Positions 25,601 through 37,696 of a stretch of 64,000 nucleotides of DNA are shown here, in pieces. The stretch spans positions 136,668-200,667 of the forward strand of contig NIVC01002146.1 of the NCBI GenBank assembly GCA_002269645.1, read 5' to 3'. Source of the stretch: Macrostomum lignano. Its lineage: Eukaryota. The position numbers and the translations under genes are program-made. Position 1 is the first letter of the stretch. The number at the start of each line of letters is the position of its first letter. Under the pieces are notes generated by a model. The model worked only from the letters and a program-made list of their open reading frames with translations, searched no databases and was not told where the DNA came from.

Positions 25601-27296
25601 CTTTGCTATTAATTTATGTCTTATGAGTATGTAGTTAACCTTATTGATATTTTATTTTTAATATTTTCTCCTTAAAAGTTCGAATCTATTTTCACGACAG
25701 CAAAGTAAATAATAAGTATTATGAAGTATAGTTACGGAGTTCTCGCTAAAAGTATTAAAACTCATTTGAGCCGAAAACAACGCTCAAGTTTTTATAGTAA
25801 TTTGTTCTTAATGTAAAAGTTCGTTAAAGTTCATTTGTTTGACCAAAAGTTTTTTTTGAGAAAAAATTCGCGAAAGTGTCTCAGACATTTGGGCCAGTTA
25901 ATAGTTATATATTTTGTACCTGATTCGGCAATCATGGGCTCCGGTTTTTGCTTGCGCGCGGTCTCGTTTGCACTTTTAAATTAATTAATTGACTACTAAA
26001 GGCTTACTAGTGCTATCTTGTGGCTATTTATACTTTACTTAGCCCCTTATGCAAGATTGATAATTTCTTAGCGCACCTGCTTTTGTGTAGTTAATTAACT
26101 CACAAGAACCTGTTCTTGATCGATTGACCAATCGCATGCCTGGTGCCTAAATGACTAGCTTGCGGCAGCTTGCTGCAGCTTGCCATGATCAATAGCTTGT
26201 TTTATTGTTTTCCTTCATGCTCTATTTATTGGTTCTCGGCTGATTCATTCGGCTGTATTGGTAAGCCAGGGACCTCTGGATACAGCTGGACTGGAAGCAG
26301 GCCCGCACCCATCATGAACTATACTAGTGACCCCTGGAGCTGGACTGGAAGCGGACCCGCGCCATCCTGAACTCTACCAGGGACCTCTAGGTAGAGTTGG
26401 ACCGGAAGCAGGCCCGCACCCATCCTGAACTCTACCAGGGACCTCTTGGTAGAGTTGGACCGGAAGCAGGCCCGCACCCATCCTGAACTCTACCAGGGAC
26501 CTCTTGGTAGAGTTGGACCGGAAGCAGGCCCGCACCCATCCTGAACTCTACCAGGGACCTCTAGGTAGAGTTGGACCGGAAGCAGGCCCGCACCCATCAT
26601 GAACTATACTAGTGACCCCTGGAGCTGGACTGGAAGCAGGCCCGCACCCATCCTGAACTCTACCAGGGACCTCTGGATACAGCTGGACTGGAAGCAGCGG
26701 ACCCGCGCCTATCCTGAACTCTACCAGGGACCTCTAGATAGAGGTGGACTGGAAGTGACAGACCCGCGCCTATCCTGAACTCTGCCAGGGACCTCTGGAT
26801 AGAGCTGGACTGGAAGCGGAATCTTACGGCCGAATCTCAGCTAGAACTAGAATAGAGTGCCTGCTTTCAGTTCTGGCTTGTTCTTAGTCACTAGGCTAAT
26901 TCAACCATGACTTGAATTGAAGCCACAGATAGAAAGCAAAATTTACATTGTAGCTACTAACTAAAGTGAGTAGCTGGACTGGATAGCGTGACCAGAAAAG
27001 AAGTGTATTGTAATATTGCAAAAGCCGTTGGAATTATTCAACTGTGGGAAGACAGGCAGCGTCCCTACTCAGTAGTGAAGCACTGCACCTCATTTAATTT
27101 TAGTCTTGGCCTGCCAATAAGTTTGCCGCGTTTACAGATTTAATTTGCACGCTAATACGTTTTATTTAGAATTTGACGACTGCCTGTTGGTTGATATTAA
27201 TATCGTTTGAACTGCGAGCGTGATTAACAGCTGGCTATCAATTGAGTTTTCGTCTTTTTGTCATTCTATGATAATTATCATATTATTACGTATAAC

Positions 27297-27339
<43 letters not shown>

Positions 27340-27753
27340 TAACTTGACGCCCTCCAAGGCCTGGGCGTGTGTTTTTCTTTTGTACACTTCTTTTAAGTGC
27401 CAAATAATTTCTTGTTGTGGACCTCACCTCGCGCACTAATCCGAATTTAATCACCCGATCCTTCCCAAATCTCGGGAGCCGTTTTGCACGTAGCGCACTG
27501 GGGGGGGGACAGATTTGTCATCATCAATGCCGAATTTATAGTTAACTGTATTATTTTACCTGCTCTAGTCAGATGTCAATCTGATTTATTACTGACGTTT
27601 GTCTTCTGATGCCTTTATTGTATTCGTACGCGCTTCAGTCTTAGCATTTCTTGCTTCAGCAACAACTCAGTGTCGCTGCTGCTGCTAGTGGAAAAGTTTA
27701 ATGCTTTTATTATTGATATCAAAGTGACTAATGATGCTTTAATTAACTAGCGA

Positions 27754-27787
<34 letters not shown>

Positions 27788-27807
27788 CCTGTCTGTCTGT
27801 CTGTCCC

Positions 27808-27839
<32 letters not shown>

Positions 27840-27873
27840 CCTGTCTGTCTGTCCCTGTCTGTCTGTCTGTCCC

Positions 27874-27933
<60 letters not shown>

Positions 27934-27997
27934 CCTGTCTGTCTGTCCCTGTCTGTCTGTCTTTCTGTCTGTCTGTCCCTGTCTGTCTGTCTGTCCC

Positions 27998-28045
<48 letters not shown>

Positions 28046-28061
28046 CCTGTCTGTCTGTCCC

Positions 28062-28117
<56 letters not shown>

Positions 28118-28228
28118 CCTGTCTGTCTGTCCCTGTCTGTCTGTCTGTCTGTGTCTGTCTGCCTGTCTGTCTGTCTGTCTGCCTGTCTGTCTGTCTGTCT
28201 GTGTCTGTCTGTCTGTCTGTCTCTCTGC

Positions 28229-28267
<39 letters not shown>

Positions 28268-28325
28268 GTCTGTCTGTCTCTCTGCTGTCTGTCTTTCTGT
28301 CTGTCTGTCTGTCTGTGTGTCTGAC

Positions 28326-28357
<32 letters not shown>

Positions 28358-31300
28358 CGCCTGCCTGTCTGTCTCTCTGACAGACTGTCTGACTGTTTGT
28401 GAGCCTCTATGACTTCTATCAGTTTCTATCTTTCATTAACTCAGTAAAAATGCAAAGTTTTAAAATCGTTTTGCCATTTTTCTGCACACAATATTATCTT
28501 AACGATTCAAATTGCTACAAAAGACAAGTGTGGCAAATTTGCTAGCCAAAACTCGTCCCTTGTTTTCATGCCGTGACCCAGAAGTCAGGTCGCTACTCTT
28601 CGCATTGAGACAAAAATAATGATATATTGAATTATGTTACGTCACCAATGCAGCAATACTCTCGTAACAAAGTTTTGTATTATTTATTAAACTGCCGAAA
28701 TCATAAACTAGTTTGTAATGACAATTAGCCAGGAATGCAGGACCCAGCCTAGAATCTGCTAGTCGCATACAGTGCACGCATTGATTATTGATACAGTTTC
28801 AGGGAGATTATCATCACGAAAGTTGCTTTCACTTCAGGCAAAGAAAATCGACTTGTTTGTTGCGTTTTTTTCATTTTTCCAGTTTCTTAATTATGATGTG
28901 CGATTAATAAAAAAATGCAAGTTATTTACTTTTCATTTGTATCCCCAATCCAGGTGTCTGTTTCGAAGAGTTAAGTACATTAGTGTGCTCTTTCCCTAGC
29001 AGATCATCGACCAGTTGTATTTTTAGTATTAAGAGCCAGTCAGTTTTTATGGTATATTTAATACATAAGAATGATTGGTTTATCTGCAGACTTTATAGTC
29101 GCTATCAAATATTCGTGCTAGATGTCTATGCAAATTATTTTGTTTCAAAACAATGACCTAAAATTATCTATAATTTTTCTTTAAAATGAACGAACTGGGG
29201 AACTGAGAGGGTGTAGCATTTTTTAACTCAGGCCATGTACATTCAGGACTCATTCTTACACCCTCCATATCGGCGGGCGCTCCGTCCTCCGGTCCACCGC
29301 TCCCGTTTTAGGCGAAGTCAGACTTCCTCAAGCTGCTGAAGGAGCAGTCGGGCCTCAGTCGGTCGTCGCGTTGGAGCGAGGTCCGCAAGACCATCGACTC
29401 AGATCCGCGCTACCGGGCAGTGGAGAGCAGCTCAAGGCGGGAGGACTACTTCAAGGATTACATCAAAGGATTAGATAGTGTGAGCTCATCAATCTGTTTG
29501 AGAATTTGTTTCTTTGAGAAGGCTTGTGTCTGGACTGGGGTCCTAGATGGCCACTACCGCTGTTTAGTTGGGTTAGATAAGTGGGTGAAGGTAGGTAGAT
29601 AATGTGAGGTAGATAAGCAGGTGAGGTAGCTTAGCAGGTGAGGTAGATAAGCAGGTTAGGTAGATAAGCAGGTGAGGTAGCTAAGCAGGTGAGGTAGATA
29701 AGAAGGTGAGGTAGATAAGCAAGTGAGGTAGATAAGCAGGTGAGGTAGATAAGCAGGTGAGGTATTGCATAAATAAGCAGGTGAGGTAGATAAGCAGGTG
29801 AGGTAGATAAGCAGGTTAGGTAGATAAGCAGGTGAGGTAGCTAAGCAGGTTAGGTAGCTAAGCAGGTTAGGTAGATAAGCAGGTGAGATAGATAAGCAGG
29901 TGAGGTAGATAAGCAGGTGAGGTAGATAAGCAAGTGAGGTAGAAAAGCAGGTGAGGTAGATAAGCAGGTGAGGTAGCTAAGCAGGTGAGGTAGCTAAGCA
30001 GGTTAGGTAGATAAGCAGGTGAGGTAGATAAGCAGGTGAGGTAGATAAGCAAGTGAGGTAGATAAGCAGGTGAGGTAGATAAGCAGGTGAGGTAGATAAG
30101 CAGGTGAGGTAGATAAGCAAGTGAGGTAGATAAGCAGGTGAGGTAGATAAGCAGGTGAGGTAGATAAGCAGGTGATTTAGATAAGCAAGTGAGGTAGATA
30201 AGCAGGTGAGGTAGATAAGCAGGTGAGGTAGATAAGCAGGTGAGGTAGATAAGCAGGTGAGGTAGATAAGCGAGGTAGGATAGATAATCTAGGTAAGCAG
30301 AGGAGCCAGTTAAGGTAGGTGGATAATCCGATCCCAATCCTCTATCCTCTATCCTTCATCAGAAGAGCGACCGGCACCACGGTCACCGCGGTGAAGCTTT
30401 AGAGAAGTCCAGCGCTGGTGATACCAGCACCAAAGATGGTCAACAGAGCGGCGAGCCTGCCGCTGGCGCCTCGGCCGCCGCTTCAGATGACGAAGCCGAC
30501 AATGAGGAAGCCGAAGACGAGGAGACTCGGCGCGTTCGGGAGCGCCGCGAGCGCCAAGAGGCCAGCATTAGGGAGCGCCAGAAGGCCGTCAAAGAGGAGA
30601 TGGCGTCTATTCTGCGCGAGCGGGACAAGGTAAACATGTCTAGCTGATGTTCTCCTCGGGTTCGTATATATTTAATATATAAGCCGTTAGGTAGAGATGT
30701 GAGGAGATGGGGAAGATAGGGGAGAAAATGGGAAAGGTAAGGACAGGATGGGGAAGCTGAAGGAGAGGATGGGGAAGCTGATGGAGAGGATGGGGAAGAT
30801 GAGGGAGATGATGGGGAACATAAGGGAGAGGATGGGGAACATGAGGGAGAGGATGAGGAACATGAGGGAGAGGATGTGGAAGAAGGGAGGGTGGGGGAGT
30901 AGAAGGGAAAGATAAGGGAGAGGATATGGAAGGGTATTGAAAAGATAGAGGAGAGGGTGAGGGAGGGGATGGAAAGATGGGGAGAGGGTGGGAAAGATGG
31001 GGGAGAGGATGGGAAAGATGGGGGAGAGGGTGGGGAAGATGGGGGAGAGGGTCTGGAAGATGGGGAAGAGGGTGGGGAAGATGGGGAAGAGGATGGGAAA
31101 GATGGGGGAGGGGATGGGAAAGATGGGGAGGATGGGAAAGATGGGGGAGAGGGTGGGGAAGATGGGGGAGAGGGTGGGGAAGATGGGGGAGAGGATGGGA
31201 AAGATGGGGGAGGGGATGGGAAAGATGGGGGAGAGGGTGGGGAAGATGGGGGAGAGGATGGGAAAGATGGGGGAGGGGATGGGAAAGATGGGGAGAGGGT

Positions 31301-33092
31301 GGGGAAGATGGGGGAAGAGGATGGGAAAGATGGGGGAGAGGGTGGGGAAGATGGGGGAGAGGATGGGAAGATAGGAAGGATGGGGGAAGAGGATGGGAGA
31401 TGTTGGGGAGAGAGTGAGAATGTGGAAAAATTATTCAGTTAGTAAGAGATAATGAGGATCTCCTTGCGGTTATTAATAAAATTTATAGAAGCATATACAT
31501 TATTTACTCACTAAATTGTCTTGTTTCACATCCCTAAACAAAGGAGCGCGACGCTCATAAGCACACGGAAGCTGCCGACATGTTCCGCGCCCTGCTCTCC
31601 GACATGGTGCGCCACCCCGATGCTACCTGGCGTGAAGTGAAAAAAGCGCTGCGCCGTGACACCCGCTGGCAGGCGTGCGAAGCCCTCAGCCGGGACGAAA
31701 AGGCGGCCATCTTTGACGATCATTTGAAGACTCTTATTGGCAAAAGCAAAGAGATGTTCCACCGCCTCCTAGACGAGACCGACGGCATCGGGTTGGACAT
31801 CACCTGGCACCAGGTGAAGCAATGCATTTGCGTGGCCTGAGAGCAAAGCAAAGCAAAATATTAAAGCTTTGATGTGCTTCGTATCTTAGTCAGTTAGCCC
31901 GAAACAAGCACTCCAGTTTTCTTCTGATAAGCTGTTTTAGTTTATCACAATGTTTATTAAGTAGTAATGTACGTTTTGCCTCATTGCCTGTTAATCTGCA
32001 ACAGAGGCAAATAAATTACTGTTGGATTAACCAATATGTACTTTTGTAGCTACTGTTTTCACTACTGTAGTGAAACAAAGTTTTACTCGTTTGAATACAA
32101 AAACAAATTATAGTTTATTAAAAACCATACTAAAAAGCGTCATGATAATCGCTAGAGTCATTGCAAACAACTCACTAGGATTCTAATCACAGGAGTAGCG
32201 ACTCCTGTGACTTTTTAACGACTCAAACCACTGTAATGCGACGGAGTGGCAATTGTTGAGTCACGAGCGCATCACGCGCGATTTGCGGAATCGTAAAAGA
32301 GTCTCGAAAAGTCGTCCAAGACTCAAATGGACTAAAGATTCGTTATAAATGCAAAATGCGATTCCAATATTCATTAAGTGGCGCAGATGCACTTTAGACG
32401 CAACTCTGTGATTCTACAACGATTTTAGCACGTCTTAAACACGACTCTGCGGCCCCACAGTCATCATAGAAGCGCCCTAGAGTCACGGACAATAAAACGC
32501 CTCAAATTGACCCTTAGACGACTATTTGACGACTTTTTGGCGTCTTGTACTGTGACGTCGCGTCGTTTTAGAGTTGTCTAGAGTCACATTACCTATTTTA
32601 CCTGTTACTGGTAACGATTCTCGGGCAACGCAAGTGACCCTGGGACGCTTCTTGATCTGGGCACCGTCTGATCTGAGTGCCCAAAGCCCTCGCCTGCGAA
32701 GTAGGCAGCTAAATAAACCATATTAATTTCATTGACAGGCCCGCCGGCTCATACGCGACGATCCGCGCTACAAGCGATTCTCCAGCAGCGAAAAGAAACG
32801 CGAGCGCGAGTTCAACGCCTGGCTGGAAGGCCGGCTAGATCGAGCCCGCCAGGAGCTCCGCCGCCTCCTAGACGAGTGCAAGTTCATCACGCACGAGACC
32901 GGGCGGCGCTACGAGGAGAGCGAAACGGTCCGCCGCGACCTGACCTCAGCTCTGGCCAAGGACCGGCGCTACCTGGTGTTCGAGCCGCTGCCCGCCCAGC
33001 GGGATCGCATCATTCTGGACTATTTGCGCGAGTGCGAGGCCAAGGGACCGCCGCCGCCGCCTACGGCTAGCGAGCCAGGCAAGCGAAAGTAA
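14192..33092 (+). CDS. TCERG1: Transcription elongation regulator 1 (CA150) orthologue, multi-exon
   Basis: Pro/Gln-rich N-terminus, three WW domains (incl. '[22 protein letters not shown]'), FF repeats, C-terminus '[11 protein letters not shown]'. Exons 14192-15215, 16673-18138, 20029-20182, 29312-29479, 30363-30629, 31544-31813, 32739-33092 all join in frame via GT-AG introns. Confidence 0.95.
15275..16478 (+). mobile_element. Mariner DNA transposon, defective, in a TCERG1 intron
   Basis: 26-bp TIR CGAGGGGTGATCAAAAAGTTCTGCAA, TA TSDs at 15273-74 and 16479-80; transposase remnants 'WVPHLLT', 'VITGEECW', 'LHHDNA'; frameshifts and loss of the YSPDL segment. Confidence 0.93.
16585..16650. repeat. 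(GACA)n microsatellite just upstream of a TCERG1 acceptor
   Basis: Direct inspection. Confidence 0.95.
16673..18138 (+). CDS. TCERG1: TCERG1 exon (WW2, WW3, basic/acidic insert, FF1)
   Basis: Acceptor tttttcag|GCG, donor AA|GTGAGT; '[29 protein letters not shown]'. Confidence 0.93.
18599..18720 (+). repeat. Degenerate interstitial (TTAGGG)n
   Basis: TTAGGG/TTAGG/TTAGGGG units. Confidence 0.85.
18719..19345. repeat. 49-bp tandem repeat (GAGCTAGAGATGGTGGTTGCTAAATCAGTTTTCGACGATGTGACTTTTC), ~12 copies
   Basis: Period 49 (18721 to 18770), near-identical units. Confidence 0.95.
19600..19860. repeat. Dispersed repeat, copy 1 (related copy at ~32380-32650)
   Basis: Shared 'cgcagatgcactttagacgcaactc', 'gacaataaaacgcct', 'gacgactttttggcg', 'ctgggacgct'. 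Confidence 0.7.
20029..20182 (+). CDS. TCERG1: TCERG1 exon (FF2)
   Basis: ttgcag|A ... AAG|GTGAGT; '[29 protein letters not shown]'. Confidence 0.9.
20350..21190. repeat. ~20-bp G/T-rich minisatellite (GGAGTGGTTGGGTGTTTGAA)
   Basis: Direct inspection. Confidence 0.92.
21200..21700. repeat. ~21-23-bp GA-rich minisatellite (GGAGAGAGAGGAGTGAGGTGTCT)
   Basis: Direct inspection; grades out of the preceding array. Confidence 0.9.
22486..22975. mobile_element. MITE copy, related (inverted) to 36548-36974
   Basis: Shares 'taact(t/a)gatgggccact', 'ttcagttcagtag', 'ggcaataaaaa..gcggcggg', 'ctactgaactgaaagtagcttacac'. Confidence 0.6.
24469..25563. repeat. 21-bp minisatellite (TCTTCAGG[T/G]TATGTCT[A/G]CCAT), ~52 copies
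   Basis: Direct inspection; two variable positions. Confidence 0.95.
26270..26820. repeat. 58-bp tandem repeat, ~9 copies
   Basis: Period 58 (26380 to 26438); unit GGGACCTCTAGGTAGAGTTGGACCGGAAGCAGGCCCGCACCCATCCTGAACTCTACCA. Confidence 0.9.
27301..27338. repeat. (TA)n microsatellite
   Basis: Direct inspection. Confidence 0.95.
27755..28390. repeat. Long interrupted (CTGT)n microsatellite
   Basis: Direct inspection. Confidence 0.95.
29312..29479 (+). CDS. TCERG1: TCERG1 exon (FF3)
   Basis: gttttag|GCG ... AGT|GTGAGC; 'SDFLKLLKE...[18 protein letters not shown]'. Confidence 0.9.
29602..30290. repeat. 17-bp minisatellite (GTGAGGTAGATAAGCAG), ~40 copies
   Basis: Direct inspection. Confidence 0.95.
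30363..30629 (+). CDS. TCERG1: TCERG1 exon (linker)
   Basis: ttcatcag|AAG ... AAG|GTAAAC; '[15 protein letters not shown]'. Confidence 0.85.
30700..31410. repeat. G/A-rich minisatellite (~21-bp GATGGGGGAGAGGGTGGGGAA)
   Basis: Direct inspection; almost no C on the + strand. Confidence 0.92.
31544..31813 (+). CDS. TCERG1: TCERG1 exon (FF4 and start of FF5)
   Basis: aacaaag|GAG ... CAG|GTGAAG; '[29 protein letters not shown]'. Confidence 0.9.
32380..32650. repeat. Dispersed repeat, copy 2 (related to ~19600-19860)
   Basis: Same shared motifs in the same orientation. Confidence 0.7.
32739..33092 (+). CDS. TCERG1: TCERG1 last coding exon (end of FF5, FF6)
   Basis: ttgacag|GCC; '[12 protein letters not shown]...DRRYLVF...[15 protein letters not shown]'; TAA 33090-33092. 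Confidence 0.92.
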   Translation, partial: ARRLIRDDPRYKRFSSSEKKREREFNAWLEGRLDRARQELRRLLDECKFITHETGRRYEESETVRRDLTSALAKDRRYLVFEPLPAQRDRIILDYLRECEAKGPPPPPTASEPGKRK

Positions 33093-34682
33093 CCGGAAGT
33101 AGCCGGAAGTGGCCGGATATCTTTAGTATAGCGGATATTCGATCTGTAAAATGTCACCCATCCTGTCATCGTGTCTTATAGCGCAGATCTGTCTAATACT
33201 CGTACTAGATGATGAACCACTCCAGGTTTTCGATTTTTTCCCAAACTCGGTACCAAAACCCGACCCTGAACCCCAGACACCCCTAGGAACAAGCAACCAC
33301 AGTAAAATCATATTTCTCCGAGGTTGTGCTGACTTTTCATCTCCAAGATGTCACTTCATCAGAGAAAGACGCTAATGGCGTCTGCTTTAATACTGAAGTA
33401 TAAATAGGAGACAGGAAAACTATAGTGTTTTTTTTGGAGAAATAATATGTTTAAGTGGCAAGCTCTCAACATTACCAGATTATATTATCGACACCACAAT
33501 TTGCAGATCGAAATTCGCTTCTTTTTTTTGTTTCACTCGCCATAATTTAAATCTGTGACCTGATGCTACTGTTAGTAGCACTGTCGATTGCATCAAGTTT
33601 TCGGTCAAATATATTGTGTAAAACTGGGCATAAGCTGTTGCTAAGCAAGACCAATGATAGCTGAATTGATTGCATCTTTTTGTTCTCCCCTCCCTTGTCT
33701 CGTTTATGTATCTTTTCTGATGAATAGCTTAATAATACATATTCCATTTGTGTCCGTATTACCAGTTTCTTCAATTGTCATTCTTTGCCTCCCCTGTGTA
33801 GAATTTTTAAACTGTTTCCTAGGCATCCACAGTTGTTGTCAGCGACGTTTATTAAATTATTATTGTTATATAGCTAATTTACATTCTGGCCTATGCTATT
33901 TTATTGTATGTTTTTGCCCCCCATGCGCTTAGTCAGTAGCATGTAACGCATAGTGTTGCCTGCAATTCATTATTAAGCTAATTACCGTACCAATTTGACC
34001 TGCTTATCCAATTGTCCCGTTACTGACGCTTAGCAGCAACCTTTTGCTCGTGTTTTTTTATATTGTAATAAACTATATCCATTGGAATTATGTTCCTTAT
34101 TGTGTGAACGGTAACGGTTTCTGCGTTCCTTCTTTTAAGTTTAGTAGCTCGGAGGGTTTGCAAAACTTTTTTCGGGGACCCAACTCTCACCTATTGCTAG
34201 CCAGTTTCCCCTCTACTTAAAAAACTTAACTACAGAATACTCCTAATAGTAGTGTAAATTGAAAGTTGCAACTTTTTATTCCTACTTTAACCCATGGGCT
34301 TCGTTATAAATCAAATTCTTTAAATTCTTATAATCAACGAAATCCAGCGAGGAATAAAGAAGTCACTTCGCTTCCATATCTCCTGTGTTCCCTGATCTGC
34401 AAGAGAAGGGGGCGGAGGACGGCAGCAAGGCCTTTTCATTTCTGAGCAGTCGCTCAACAGACTAAGCAATAGGAGCGCATTTTACACAGCTTTCCACGCG
34501 AACTGTTAGCTGCTTAGTAAATAATAGACGGAAAATTAGGATTTTTTTATGATAGGGCCCTATGTCTGCTATTCCAGTCTTTCAATAGCGAACAGGCCGA
34601 GCTCGGCAATCCGTTTTTGCCCAGTCGGCGACTTGCCCGCAGCCCTCCGCCAGCAGCGACGCCGACGGCGGTTGAGGGCGCG

Positions 34683-36465
34683 ATGGCGCCGCTAGCGTCT
34701 TCGCAGCCGCACGACTTTGTAAAATCGACTGACAGTGACGGAGATGCGGTCTGTAGCAAGCCTTTGACGGTGAGAGTTTTTGTTAGTGTATGTTGGATGT
34801 TGGATTAATGCTTTTAATTGTGACAGTATTTATCATGGTTTTATTTGTACTTTGTAGGCTCCTGCAGTGACTATTTCGGAACCGGAAGTGGAGGCAAAAA
34901 TCGAGTCACGGCTTGATACGAAATCGAATTCGGTAGCAAATCCGGAGAATGTATCGGCAGGACTGGAAGTAGCGCCTGAAATTCCGAAAGAAGCAGAGCT
35001 AGAAGCGGCGCCAGAAGTTCCACAGGAAGAGGAACCTGAAGTTCCGCCGGATGTTCCACAGGAAGAGGAACCTGAAGTTCCGCCGGATGTTCCACAGGAA
35101 GAGGAACCTGAAGTTCCGCCGGATGTTCCACAGGAAGAGGAACCTGAAGTTCCGCCGGATGTTCCACAGGAAGAGGAACCGGAAGTTTCGCCGGATGTTC
35201 CACAGGAAGCGAAACTGGAAAGGACGCCGGAATCGGGAAGAAAAAACGAGGAAAATTCTGCTGATTCCTTGACGACAGCTAACCCGATTGCTGTCCAGGC
35301 TGCCACCCAGGGCGACCCGGAGCTGCACCGGCGGCTGCTGGAAGCCGAGGCCCAGGTTGCGCGCCTGGTTGAAGAGAACGGTCGCCTGCGATTCGATGTG
35401 GACTGCTCACACCTGGTGTTCGGCGAATTCGACCGCTGCCTGCGCAGGCTCAACGAGCAGAAGCTGACAGGCGATCGACAGGTTGAAGGCATTCTTAGGG
35501 AGAAGATTCAGGTAAGATATTCTCATCCATGTTTTCTGCATGTTTGGTATATGAGGATAAGCGGTTTTATATTATGCCGCTCTGTCGCATGGCAGGCTCT
35601 CGAGGATCTCCGATCGATGGAGGCGGCATTCACCGAGTTGCATAGGCGCTTCGAACGGTCAAAACTGGTTGTTGAGGCTCTGCGAAATAAGGAGGCTGCA
35701 CTTAATCGGTGTGCGAGCGAGTGTCAGGTTAGTAAATGTGCAGGGATGTGCCGATATGCCAGTGAGAGGGGCGATGCTGGTGAGCAGGGAGAGGAGATGC
35801 CAGTGAGAGAGGGGAGATGGCAGTGAAAGTGGAGAAGCCAGTGAGAGAGGGGAGAAGCCAGTGAGAGGGGAGGTGCTAGTGAGCAGGGAGAGGAGATGCC
35901 AGTGAGAGGGGAGATGCCAGTGAGCAGGGGAGGAGATGCCAGGAAGAGGGAACGGAACTGTCATACGTTAAGACCGGGATGGATCAAATAGGTTTTCTGT
36001 GAGATAGATGGCAAGCAAGGAAGAACGAGAAAGCAACCCATCATCTAAGAACCATTTTCTCGTAAAATTTTTGACACAATCAATAAAGTAAATGGTAGCA
36101 TGGTAGTCTGAAAGATAGTTAATAAACATATGTAGAGCACTGCATCAACGTCGACGACGTTAATTGTTTAAACAAAGCCAACACCTGACCTCACCTGACA
36201 GACTCGCCTCGCGCGCAACGAGCAGCGCTATCACGATTTGAAGGCGCTCGCCGAGACCCGGCTGGAGGCGGCCAGCCGTTACTTGGCTGAGCAGCGCCGC
36301 GCCGCCGACGCTGACGTGGCCCGGCTGCAGGCGGTGCTGCGCAAGGCGGAGCTGCGAACTCACAATCTGCAGGCTGAGCTCGACCAGCGGGTGCGGGAGA
36401 ATGCCGAGCTCACGAGCATCTGCGATGAGCTCATTCGTCAGGTGGGACAGGATAGTGACGCCTGA
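34683..36465 (+). CDS. TACC: TACC-domain (transforming acidic coiled-coil) protein, 4 exons, ~378 aa; start codon uncertain
   Basis: Exons 34683-34769, 34858-35511, 35596-35727, 36202-36465 join in phase 0 via GT-AG introns. 'DLRSMEAAFTELHRRFE', 'EQRYHDLKALAETRL' and 'ENAELTSICDELI' match the TACC coiled coil; acidic 12-aa repeat EVPPDVPQEEEP. Confidence 0.85.
35760..35945. repeat. Purine-rich short tandem repeat in last TACC intron
   Basis: 'ccagtgagagggg', 'ggagatg' units. Confidence 0.75.
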
Positions 36466-36547
36466 CTTTGTCTGCCTGTCACCGTGTAAAATAGTGTAAA
36501 ATAACTCCCAGTTCTGAGCCTGTTTCAGTTGATACCACAGATACTAG

Positions 36548-36974
36548 AATAACTAGATGGCCCACTCAGCACATTTGCGTGTAAGCTACTTTCAGTTCAG
36601 TAGTAAGTTAAAGTGAAGCGTTTTAATGTATTTTTAAAGACATGGCTCATTTATTGGCTCTTACCCCCAGATTAAAACCTTCCAACCGCGCCTTTCCACA
36701 CTACCCCCGCCCCGCCGCAATTTTTATTGCCTTTCTCGGAATTCAAGCCTAAAGCTGCCATGTACATTTCAGTGGGCTAATGTACAGTATTACTGCTAAA
36801 CCAATCAGCAAGCTGTTTAAGCCCGCAAGCTTGGTCGAACTTGGTAAGCTTATGAAAGTCATTTCAGCTGCCTTTATTCTTATAAAATAGCTTATGTATT
36901 CTTCTTTGCTACTGAACTGAAAGTAGAAAGCTGTTTTACTGACTATATATGCCTGAGTGGCCCATCTAGTTATT
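36548..36974. mobile_element. MITE with terminal inverted repeats
   Basis: AATAACTAGATGGCCCACTCAG ... CTGAGTGGCCCATCTAGTTATT, plus inner inverted 'ctactttcagttcagtag'/'ctactgaactgaaagtag'. Confidence 0.7.
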
Positions 36975-37696
36975 TTAGAATCTGTGATTGATACTTTGCT
37001 AGCTATTGGTTTCTTCTGAGCTGAGCTGCTGAGCTGCAGTTTCACACATTTTTATTTTATCATTTTCATTTTTATCAATAATCATTCTATAATTTGTCCT
37101 AACTATTCTTGTGTTACACATTCCGCATGCAGTTTGCTTTTGCAAGCCCGTGCATTATTGGGTGATATTGCGTGCAGGTCTTTTGCCTCTGATCTATTTG
37201 TTGGAAAACTTTTAAATGTTACTTTTTGCACACAGCTTATTGTAGAATGCGTCTGTGCAACCGAACTCTTTGTTTTGTCTTCTATTGTCTAAATCTGTAC
37301 GTTAAGCAGCTGATCGTGGCAATTGGTCTTTTGTCTTTATTTTCCTCTTAGTCTTGCTGCTGGTTCCGGTGCAATCACCTTCTGTTTTATAATTGTCCGA
37401 TATCTTCTGTTCTTATCGCTAAACCAATTTGTGTTCAACATTTCCTAGTGCCTTGCGCAGTTAGGAATAGTCACATTATTGTTAGTCAGTTTTTGGCGAA
37501 AATATATTTGCTTTTTTGTAATTGAATAAAACCTAAACGCTTTTAGAGTTTTTTGAATATCAAATCATGAACTGGAATCTCGACCTCTGTGGTCAAAATG
37601 AAAATTTATTAAATGTTTTCAGATAGGCTCCTTATAAGACTGCTTTTTTTCAGCAACACCATCGAGCACAAGCAACGTGTAGAAAACAAGCTTCTA

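Noticed and set aside
24417-25634. Three ~390-aa ORFs (LKNGRHN / RLCLPFF / MSTILQV repeats)
   Set aside because: Artefacts of a 21-bp intronic minisatellite; no non-repetitive coding context.
30957-31442. ORFs of G/E/D/K or W/G/R repeats
   Set aside because: Purine minisatellite inside a TCERG1 intron; flanking exons splice in frame without it.
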